64,000 bases of DNA from Candidatus Collierbacteria bacterium UBA2277 (GTDB lineage: Bacteria > Patescibacteriota > Microgenomatia > UBA1400 > MFAQ01). The stretch is taken from contig DDWV01000001.1 of NCBI GenBank assembly GCA_002347045.1, forward strand, positions 291,844-355,843. The letters run 5' to 3'. Both the position numbers and the translations under genes were made by a program. Below the pieces are notes generated by a model. The model ran no database searches, was not told the origin of the DNA, and was given only the letters and a program-made list of their open reading frames with translations. This document shows positions 57,847 to 64,000 of the stretch, piece after piece (the stretch's first letter is position 1; the number at the start of each line of letters is the position of its first letter).

Positions 57847-58953
57847 CTAGTGACAAAGATTGCAAATATATTCGAAATTACACGAATTACATTTCTTCGC
57901 GTCCGGTGAACCTCTGGGGTACTCCGGATCTGAAGTACAATAACTGTTTGGAGAAGACACTTGTCTTCTCTTGCCATCGAGAATATTCTGAATTAAGGTC
58001 TCTACAGAGGCCTTAACTGCAGTATAGATGACCTTCTCCGCGTCTACTTGGTCAACATTACAAAGTCCCACTCTTGCCGAAATACACTGGGGAAGACTAA
58101 AACAAAGCTCTCCATCGTGCCGAATAAGTAGGCTCGATAAGAGTATGTCGTTTTCTATGGCAGCATGTATGGCTGGACAGGTCCCCCCTTGGGGCTTTTT
58201 GACAGTCGCACCTGAGCAATGAATCTCTCCCACGAAACGGGCCATGGCTCTGAAGTCAGAGCTTGGTTTATTTGGGGAAATTCTCATGACCCAGTTTTCT
58301 GACTTTTGATACTCACCAAAATGTCTATTTAACATGATGTGACAATTTTCGATAGCGACAGAACCTTCTTCGTCGATACCGTCATTAAACAACGCATCCC
58401 TAACGACAGCCACTGAGGTCATGTACCTATCAAAAGACAAGTGCGAGTCGTCTAAGACAACGGTGGTAAAGATATCAAGGTCGGTGTTATTTTTTCCAGT
58501 TGACAGTGCCTCATGCCTTTTTTCACAGCGGGCCCGAAGATCTGCAACCATTTTTGTGTAGTACTTTTCATTGCGCCCAGGCTGAAAACTGACATCTACA
58601 GAGATTTGACCTTTTTCATAAAGATCCAATACATTGATGTAATTTTCAACCTCATGGGGAAGTTTTGAAAACCTTCCTGAGGTAATGAGACTAACCTCTT
58701 TACCGTTTTTTAGTGCTAATTCAATTAATTGAATTAGCTGTGGGTGAGTCAAAGGCTCTCCGCCTAAGAGAAATACTTTGTTGAACTTAATGAACTTACA
58801 TGCCCACAAGAAACGCCTTTTGACAATTTCAAAAGGAATGTGCGGCATTTTCGGCCCAACAAATTGGCCTTTGTAACACCAGGGGCATCCGTTGTAGCAC
58901 TTCTGGGTAATCTCTAAACAGAGATCGCCATTTTGTGAAACGAGAGGTTTCAT
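57847..58953 (-). CDS. radical SAM enzyme with C-terminal Cys-rich SPASM/twitch-like auxiliary-cluster domain
   Basis: 368 aa. CYNGCPWC (CxxxCxxC) at residues 19-26, LLGGEPLTHP, and C-terminal CNSCNFEYICNLC (C-x2-C-x5-C-x2-C) plus further Cys. Preceded by an AGGAGGAGG RBS. Confidence 0.75.
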   Translation of the reverse strand: MKPLVSQNGDLCLEITQKCYNGCPWCYKGQFVGPKMPHIPFEIVKRRFLWACKFIKFNKVFLLGGEPLTHPQLIQLIELALKNGKEVSLITSGRFSKLPHEVENYINVLDLYEKGQISVDVSFQPGRNEKYYTKMVADLRARCEKRHEALSTGKNNTDLDIFTTVVLDDSHLSFDRYMTSVAVVRDALFNDGIDEEGSVAIENCHIMLNRHFGEYQKSENWVMRISPNKPSSDFRAMARFVGEIHCSGATVKKPQGGTCPAIHAAIENDILLSSLLIRHDGELCFSLPQCISARVGLCNVDQVDAEKVIYTAVKASVETLIQNILDGKRRQVSSPNSYCTSDPEYPRGSPDAKKCNSCNFEYICNLCH

Positions 58954-59000
58954 TTCCTCCTCCTTATTTTCTATATATATTTAAGGTTCTTGATACCAAA

Positions 59001-59029
59001 ATTATATCCTATAACTGTAGAAAAGTCAA
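59001..59029 (-). promoter_or_regulatory. near-consensus sigma70-type promoter for the rSAM gene
   Basis: Minus strand reads TTGACT, a 17-nt spacer, then TATAAT. On the plus strand the -10 is at 59001-59006 and the -35 at 59024-59029. A leader of about 45 nt with an AGGAGGAGG RBS follows before the ATG at 58953. Confidence 0.6.
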
Positions 59030-59053
59030 TTTGGGGGTGAAAATCCGTGCGTA

Positions 59054-60235
59054 CTAGTTTTTCTTTTTCCAGATAACCATGTTGTAGATAAACCAGTTAA
59101 GAGGAACTGTAAAAAAGAAAACTGCAATTACCAAGAAAAGAGTGCGGTATTGATCTCCAAAGATCTGTGTACCTACTCCGATGACGATACTAGGAATGAT
59201 AATACCTGAGATGATCGAGCTAAGATTGAAGGTGGCAAATTTTTGAATAAGTTTCTTGCCCCATACTAGTTTTTCGTTTTTGAAGGTCCAAAGATTATTG
59301 AGAATAAAATTACTAACAATAGATACTTCGGCAGCTAGGGCGTTGGCAATGAAGTTTCTAATACCTACTGTGTTTATCAAGTTTTGGAGAGCCTTGGCAA
59401 AAACATCTAAACCTACTTTGTTGATAACAAAACCAAAAAGACCGATACAGCCAAATTTAATAAATTTTTGTGTAGCCACATCGTTCCAGCGGAGCAAAAA
59501 GACCGAGCGGAAAATGTCTTTGGCTGTTCTGGACTCTATCTTTGACTCCCCTACTGTTCTCAAACCAAACTGAAGAGGTATCTCTTTGACCTTAGCGCCG
59601 AGGGTGACCATCTTGTATAGAAACTCTAGTTTGTAGCCAAAATTTTTGGAGTAGAGATGATCCATGTCCATAGTGTCGACAAAGCCTTTAACTCTAGAGG
59701 CTTTGAGACCTGTTGTGGGATCTGTAATCTTAAAAAACATTTTTCCGGGGAAAAATAGTACAAATCTGGCGACAAAACCCCCAAACTCACTGAAGAAAAC
59801 ACGTTTAAAACCCCAGCCCTTTGGGTTACTTCCACCCTTGATCTTGCGAGAGCCTAAAACATAGTCGTAGCCATTGTCAATTTCTTTGAGAAGAAGTGGA
59901 ATGTCTTTAGGAGGATGTTGGAAGTCTGCATCAAACTCGATAACGACATCGGCTTTGAGGCTCTTCATGGCAAAACGAAAACCTTTGATGTAGGCTCCGC
60001 CGATTCCTGCTTTTTTGGGATTTAGGTAAAGCTCAAGATTTTTATATTGTTTTTGCTTTTTTTGTACGATTTTGTATGTTCCGTCTGGCGATGTATCGTC
60101 GACTACCAGTAGCTTGCACTGCCAGTCTTTGATTTTGGGAAAAACCTTACCACAAAGAGTGTCTATCATTTTACCGATGGTACCGGCCTCATTGTAGGTA
60201 GGAATAACAACAACGGCTAGAGGAAGTTTTGGCAT
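59054..60235 (-). CDS. GT2 polyprenol-phosphate sugar synthase (Dpm1/Ppm1-like) fused to a C-terminal GtrA-like 4-TM domain
   Basis: 393 aa. AVVVIPTYNEAGTI, LLVVDDTSPDGT and EFDADFQHPP motifs. The C-terminal roughly 120 aa hold 4 TM segments (GtrA-like). Confidence 0.7.
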   Translation of the reverse strand: MPKLPLAVVVIPTYNEAGTIGKMIDTLCGKVFPKIKDWQCKLLVVDDTSPDGTYKIVQKKQKQYKNLELYLNPKKAGIGGAYIKGFRFAMKSLKADVVIEFDADFQHPPKDIPLLLKEIDNGYDYVLGSRKIKGGSNPKGWGFKRVFFSEFGGFVARFVLFFPGKMFFKITDPTTGLKASRVKGFVDTMDMDHLYSKNFGYKLEFLYKMVTLGAKVKEIPLQFGLRTVGESKIESRTAKDIFRSVFLLRWNDVATQKFIKFGCIGLFGFVINKVGLDVFAKALQNLINTVGIRNFIANALAAEVSIVSNFILNNLWTFKNEKLVWGKKLIQKFATFNLSSIISGIIIPSIVIGVGTQIFGDQYRTLFLVIAVFFFTVPLNWFIYNMVIWKKKN

Positions 60236-60238
60236 ATA

Positions 60239-60493
60239 TTATTTTGTATTTTCTTCTTCTTTACAACAGTCTCCTGCACAGTTTCCCTCACAGGCTCCAC
60301 TACATTCGGAGTCTGTTTCTATTTCTTCTCTTTTTCCGTTGGCATACCAATAAAGCTTTTTCTCATCTTCATCAAGTGTTTTGGCATGAGAACCATCACA
60401 AAATGGCTGATTTTTACTTAGGCCACACATGCAGATAAATTTATCTCCAACTTGTTTTGGACCTTGTTCAGTTTTTTTGACTAGTCTTGCCAT
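60239..60493 (-). CDS. CDGSH iron-sulfur domain protein with a Cys-rich C-terminal tail
   Basis: 84 aa. FICMCGLSKNQPFCDGSH is a perfect CxCxxSxxxPxCDGSH motif. The tail is SECSGACEGNCAGDCCKEEENTK. Its stop lies 3 nt before the start of the GT2-GtrA gene. Confidence 0.7.
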   Translation of the reverse strand: MARLVKKTEQGPKQVGDKFICMCGLSKNQPFCDGSHAKTLDEDEKKLYWYANGKREEIETDSECSGACEGNCAGDCCKEEENTK

Positions 60494-60516
60494 GAAATCA
60501 ATTATACAATCTAAGT
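60494..60516. promoter_or_regulatory. 23-bp divergent intergenic region with an extended -10-like element
   Basis: Minus-strand reading gives TGTATAAT, then 7 nt, then the ATG of the CDGSH gene. The plus-strand TATACA lies 7 nt before the trmD ATG. Neither gene has a Shine-Dalgarno sequence. Confidence 0.3.
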
Positions 60517-61149
60517 ATGAAGATTGATATTTTGACCATTTTTCCTGAGATGTTTGAGGGTGTTTTTGGGACCTCTATCATAGGAAGAGCAACTGGAACA
60601 GGCTTAGTAGAGATTAAAATACACAACTTGCGAGACTGGAGTGACGATAACTACAAAAGCGTGGATGACAAACCATTTGGTGGCGGAGCAGGGATGGTGA
60701 TGAAGATTGACGTGATTGACCGAGCTTTGAGTGAGCTTAGAAAACCTGAGTCAAAAGTAATCCTTTTGGATACAAAGGGGAAAATGTACAACCAAAAGAC
60801 GGCCGAAACTTTGAAAAATGAAGAGCACATCATTTTGATTGCTCCTCATTTTGAAGGAATTGATCATCGAGTACATGACAATTTGGTCGAGGAGGTCTAC
60901 TCAATTGGACCGTATGTACTATCTGGAGGAGAGCTTCCGGTGATGGTAGTTGTGGACTCAATAGTCCGACTGGTTCCTGGAGTACTAGGGAACCCTGAGT
61001 CACTATCAGAAGAGTCATACTCGGAGGACTTTGAGGTTGAGTATCCTCAGTACACCAGACCGGCTGAGTATAAGGGTTGGAAAGTTCCAGAAGTACTGCT
61101 TTCCGGAGACCATAAAAAAATTGCTGAGTGGAGAAAAGAAAAACACTAA
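60517..61149 (+). CDS. trmD: tRNA (guanine37-N1)-methyltransferase
   Basis: 210 aa. KIDILTIFPEMF, SIIGRA, DDKPFGGGAGMVM, LSGGELPVMVVVDSI(V)RL and LLSGDH motifs. Shorter than typical TrmD because the C-terminus is truncated. Confidence 0.85.
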   Translation: MKIDILTIFPEMFEGVFGTSIIGRATGTGLVEIKIHNLRDWSDDNYKSVDDKPFGGGAGMVMKIDVIDRALSELRKPESKVILLDTKGKMYNQKTAETLKNEEHIILIAPHFEGIDHRVHDNLVEEVYSIGPYVLSGGELPVMVVVDSIVRLVPGVLGNPESLSEESYSEDFEVEYPQYTRPAEYKGWKVPEVLLSGDHKKIAEWRKEKH

Positions 61150-61166
61150 AAGTGTGACTATTTTTG
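61143..61166. terminator. weak hairpin at the trmD / 76-aa ORF convergence
   Basis: ACACTaaaAGTGT, a 5-bp stem, followed by gactattttt. AT-rich and short, so only a candidate. Confidence 0.25.
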
Positions 61167-61388
61167 GTGAGCGTCGTTGACAGGATTTTCGGAGTCCTCT
61201 TTGGACATAATTTGGAGAGCTTCTTTTGCTGATTTAGCTTCCCCTGAAAGAATGATATCTTTAGCTCTCGCTATCTGCTCTAGTGTCTGAAATGTGTTTT
61301 CTAGATCGTGTCTTATATTTTCACTAATGACACCGCCGTCTGGGGAGCCTGCATGAGTAAGTAAACTTGGTTGATGTGATTTTTCCAT
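61158..61388 (-). CDS. hypothetical small acidic protein (76 aa)
   Basis: Starts 3 nt after the TAA of the nitroreductase-like gene, so probably translationally coupled. No hydrophobic segment and no motif I recognise. Confidence 0.4.
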   Translation of the reverse strand: MEKSHQPSLLTHAGSPDGGVISENIRHDLENTFQTLEQIARAKDIILSGEAKSAKEALQIMSKEDSENPVNDAHQK

Positions 61389-61391
61389 GGT

Positions 61392-62195
61392 TTATTTTGG
61401 CACACCCACAGGCATTAAATAAATAATTGTGTCGGTGTCTGAGACTGTAATAAGCTCTTTTAGCTTTAGTTCATCAAAGTTTGTACTAACGATAGTCCCC
61501 AGCTTGAGACTTTCAGCTTGAAGACTAAGATTCTCGGCAGCATAGCCGGCCTCAAGATAGACCTCCTTGTCGTGAGGGATACCGCCGTAGGCGTCTGCCA
61601 TTTTGGAAAGATCGCCCGCAACTACGAAGATTGCCGGAATATTTTTGAATGAATTTTGGTTTAATAGATCAAAAATTGCTTCTTTGAGCTCAACCTTTTT
61701 GATTGGCTTTAGCTGATGAACAAGAGCTCTGTCTCCTGGAATGTACTGGTACTCTCCAGGATCAAGACCGTCGACCTTGTTGGCAATAAGATAAATTGTG
61801 AGAGGATAGGTTGACTTTGATGAAGGTGCGGTGCGATCTCCCCAGTCGGTGTTGACTCCTTGAGCTGACCAGAGAAGTTGAGAAACCTGTTTGAGACTTA
61901 GTGAGGTGTCGTTGTAGTCAAGCCTGGTACGGCGGCTTTTTAGAACTGACTCGATAGAGAAACTACTTCGGTACTCGGGAGTTGGCAGACTAATAGTATC
62001 TTCAGGTAGAAGAGTTTGGATTTGAGCTTCTGGTGTTTGAGCTGGATAAGTGACAACCGTTCGTCGGAAAATTAAGGAGAGAATTACTAGAACGAAAACT
62101 ATTGCTCCTGTCAAAATAGGAGTTAGCCAAATATTGACTAACTCCTTGTACTTTTCAGGGAGAAGAGACTTCTCTTTTGGGACAGTTTTCTTCAC
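61392..62195 (-). CDS. membrane-anchored nitroreductase-family protein, SagB-type dehydrogenase-like
   Basis: 267 aa. N-terminal TM (ILTGAIVFVLVILSLIF). RRTRLDYNDTSLSLKQVSQLLWSAQGV matches the nitroreductase/SagB-type R(R)SxR...L..LLWaa.G pattern. C-terminal GYAAENLSLQAESLKLGT also fits. Confidence 0.6.
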   Translation of the reverse strand: MKKTVPKEKSLLPEKYKELVNIWLTPILTGAIVFVLVILSLIFRRTVVTYPAQTPEAQIQTLLPEDTISLPTPEYRSSFSIESVLKSRRTRLDYNDTSLSLKQVSQLLWSAQGVNTDWGDRTAPSSKSTYPLTIYLIANKVDGLDPGEYQYIPGDRALVHQLKPIKKVELKEAIFDLLNQNSFKNIPAIFVVAGDLSKMADAYGGIPHDKEVYLEAGYAAENLSLQAESLKLGTIVSTNFDELKLKELITVSDTDTIIYLMPVGVPK

Positions 62196-62204
62196 AGATT
62201 ATGA

Positions 62205-62984
62205 TCAGAGATAACTGTTGATTTTAGCTTCTTTTCTGATTCCAGAGTACCATTCTTGTGACCTAGTGTAGATCTCTTGCTGGTACAAGATATCTTTTAT
62301 TTCTGCAGATACCTCTGTGAGTTCTTTGCCCTCGTATGAAGCTTTGTTGTCTGTAAAATATGCTTCTACTTCAGCATCACCGATTTCAACAGCACCTTGG
62401 GCTTCAACTAGTTTTTTGAGACCAATGCTTTGTTCGATTGACTCTAGTGCTTTTGCTTCGGTCATACCAAATTGTTCAAGAGCTGTTTTAAACTGCTCTT
62501 CTCCACCGTACTGCTCTTTGATTTTTGCCAACTCATCATTTATTTCTTTTTCGGAAACAGTGATGTTGTTCTTTTTTAGATTTTCGGCCAGAAGTCTTTC
62601 GGAAACAATTTCTTCAAATGACTGCTCGGCGTATTTGTCTGCCATTTTGGAGTTTAGCTCCCAACGAGTAATTGGGGATTTGTTTACAGTGCCAACGACA
62701 AACAGACTTCGATTTTTTTGGACTAGAAGAAAAGCGACTACTCCGATAGCAATGATCAAAAGAATCTTCACAAACATAGCAGTGTTAACTGACTTTGTGG
62801 ACACTCTTGGTGGAACTACGGCTTCATTTAGACGAAGTTTTTTAATTACTTTAACGGCCTTTCCGCCTTTGGATTTCTTTTCTGACATAGTTTTTGATAT
62901 TTTTTTAATTGATTTTTTTGGAGTTACTTTCGTCATGAGTTTTATGTTATCACATTCATAAAAATTAAAGAATTGTTTCTTCAA
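62205..62984 (-). CDS. SurA N-terminal-domain-like / PpiC-type periplasmic chaperone-like protein, membrane-anchored
   Basis: 259 aa by the ORF track; the true start is probably an internal ATG near 62888. TM segment FVKILLIIAIGVVAFLLV, then a helical domain (NKSPITRWELNSKMADKYAEQSFEEIVSERLLAENLKKNNITVSEKEINDELAKIKEQYGGEEQFK), typical of the SurA N-terminal domain. Confidence 0.5.
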   Translation of the reverse strand: MKKQFFNFYECDNIKLMTKVTPKKSIKKISKTMSEKKSKGGKAVKVIKKLRLNEAVVPPRVSTKSVNTAMFVKILLIIAIGVVAFLLVQKNRSLFVVGTVNKSPITRWELNSKMADKYAEQSFEEIVSERLLAENLKKNNITVSEKEINDELAKIKEQYGGEEQFKTALEQFGMTEAKALESIEQSIGLKKLVEAQGAVEIGDAEVEAYFTDNKASYEGKELTEVSAEIKDILYQQEIYTRSQEWYSGIRKEAKINSYL

Positions 62985-63330
62985 GATTTATCTGATCGTC
63001 GAAAACTGGAATATATGGATCTGGGAGATCTGTCACTTGATTTTGAATATCAAGCCTAAGATCAGAGAACTGAGACTCTATCGTTTCGTTTTCCTCTTGC
63101 TGTACTGTTTCGATGTCTGGAGGAGAAAAGGTTGGAGCAGGATTTTTTTCTGAGAGGCTTTTTCCTATGACTAGAGCAGTGACTAGAACAATAACTGCAA
63201 CTGCGGCAATTAAGTACCAGCGATTCTTTTTTATCCAAGCGATAATAGTGTTTTTTATCTCGCCAGACTTGAACTTGTTTATAAGCTCTATGGCCTCAGG
63301 ATTGGTGATCTCGATCTTAGGAATGGGCAT
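62965..63330 (-). CDS. hypothetical membrane-anchored protein
   Basis: 121 aa. Single TM (WYLIAAVAVIVLVTALVIG), acidic C-terminal region. Confidence 0.4.
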   Translation of the reverse strand: MPIPKIEITNPEAIELINKFKSGEIKNTIIAWIKKNRWYLIAAVAVIVLVTALVIGKSLSEKNPAPTFSPPDIETVQQEENETIESQFSDLRLDIQNQVTDLPDPYIPVFDDQINLEETIL

Positions 63331-64000
63331 AGTTTATGTCTATATCAATTAAACCGTCGATCCATTTTAACTGGAGTTTTTGGATGTCTCTGACTGCCTC
63401 TGTTTTGTTTGTGAAGTATGTTTCGTTGTCTATGTTGTCCATGTCTTCTTCTGAGGATACCTTTGTGGCTAGGTTATCAACGTCATTATCAATTCTGTTC
63501 CCGAGAAGTTGTAATTCATTTATTCTGTCGGCAAGAGAGGTAGAGAAAGGGGAGGCTAATTTGGGAAGAATAGTGTTAAAGGCTTCTTTTCCATCTAGCT
63601 GAAAACGAACCAGGTCAGCTATCTTGTTGGCTATAACACCAGTTCGGAAACTTCTGTTGTGTGTAAGAACACTTTTGGAGTACTCTTCTGAGAAAGCTTT
63701 TAGATCGGTGGAGGTGATTATTGATTGAGATTTTTGAGCTTCTGACAGAAAGTACTTATGGGCTGCCTGGAGTGACACTATGTGAAGGTTTATCGGGTGA
63801 TAGCTAATTTTTTTTTCTTGAATTAGAGAGAGAAGATAGGCAGCGTAACTAGCTTTGGCCAGATCACGAGCCTTAAGAGTTTCTTTGGCAACTAGAACTG
63901 CTTTTTGTTGGTTGTCTAGGGTTGGATTGTTTAAAAAATCCTTTTTGAGAACAGAGTACTCGATGTAGTTTTGACGATATTGATTGTACTGATATTCATA
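63317..64000 (-). CDS. hypothetical protein, 3-prime portion (5-prime end beyond window)
   Basis: The reading frame is open from the window edge, YEYQYNQYRQNYIEYSVLKKDF... continuing into MSLQAAHKYF.... The ORF track start at 63778 is an internal GTG with no upstream stop, so the gene is partial. Confidence 0.5.
   Translation of the reverse strand, partial: YEYQYNQYRQNYIEYSVLKKDFLNNPTLDNQQKAVLVAKETLKARDLAKASYAAYLLSLIQEKKISYHPINLHIVSLQAAHKYFLSEAQKSQSIITSTDLKAFSEEYSKSVLTHNRSFRTGVIANKIADLVRFQLDGKEAFNTILPKLASPFSTSLADRINELQLLGNRIDNDVDNLATKVSSEEDMDNIDNETYFTNKTEAVRDIQKLQLKWIDGLIDIDINYAHS

Noticed and set aside
57847-58953. rSAM enzyme as MoaA (molybdenum cofactor biosynthesis)
   Set aside because: No moaC, moaD or moaE is nearby, the N-terminal spacing is shorter than in MoaA, and the C-terminal C-x2-C-x5-C-x2-C cluster looks SPASM-like. 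I cannot formally exclude MoaA without an HMM search.
61158-61388. 76-aa ORF as a remnant of a PLP-dependent Cys/Met-metabolism enzyme, based on an LTHAGS.DGG-like string
   Set aside because: The similarity is a single short string. The ORF is tightly coupled to the upstream gene, so it is more likely a genuine small protein.
1-64000. CRISPR array or other short tandem repeat arrays
   Set aside because: I saw no regularly spaced direct repeats with unique spacers. The only exact repeat I found is the 62-bp pair at 5399/6557.
1-64000. Alternative genetic code (UGA recoding, as in some CPR lineages)
   Set aside because: Long ORFs of 500-1064 aa are intact under the standard code, and TGA is used as a stop in ATGA overlaps, for example at 34089-34092. 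I see no sign of recoding.

Overview
The window is a 64-kb glycan-assembly (glycosylation) island from a low-GC, uncultivated-type bacterium. Gene content and the weak or absent Shine-Dalgarno sequences are compatible with Patescibacteria/CPR, but that assignment is inference only. About 55 of 60 genes lie on the minus strand, tightly packed, and many have ATGA or TAATG stop/start overlaps. I count roughly 20 polytopic membrane proteins of the GT-C type: ArnT/PMT-like GT39/83 with an N-terminal DE loop, PIG-V/DUF2029-like, YfhO-like and other large membrane proteins. Alongside them are about 11 GT2 enzymes, several of them Dpm1/GtrB-like polyprenol-phosphate sugar synthases and one fused to a GtrA-type domain. 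There are also 3 GT4 enzymes, 2 Wzx-like flippases, 4 methyltransferases (one FkbM family) and a UDP-GlcNAc 2-epimerase-like enzyme. A GDP-mannose 4,6-dehydratase gene plus an Rmd-like reductase gene give a GDP-D-rhamnose branch. Housekeeping genes are embedded in the island: orn (oligoribonuclease), trmD, and a SurA-N-domain-like chaperone. Things worth a second look: a tandem quadruplet of translationally coupled GT-C paralogs; a 62-bp direct repeat that duplicates a gene junction and sits next to a truncated paralog fragment; an AT-rich sub-block at about 4.0-14.8 kb; a stand-alone radical-SAM/SPASM-type enzyme with a near-consensus sigma70-like promoter, strong RBS and hairpin terminator; a CDGSH iron-sulfur protein carrying a periodic Cys-rich tail (C-x3-C-x3-C-x3-C-C) as the first gene of an operon with a GT2-GtrA synthase; a membrane-anchored SagB-type nitroreductase coupled to a 76-aa acidic ORF; and a 1064-aa fusion of a secreted domain to a GT-C membrane domain. 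I found no rRNA, tRNA or CRISPR array. All product calls come from my own reading of motifs in the ORF translations; no database searches were possible.
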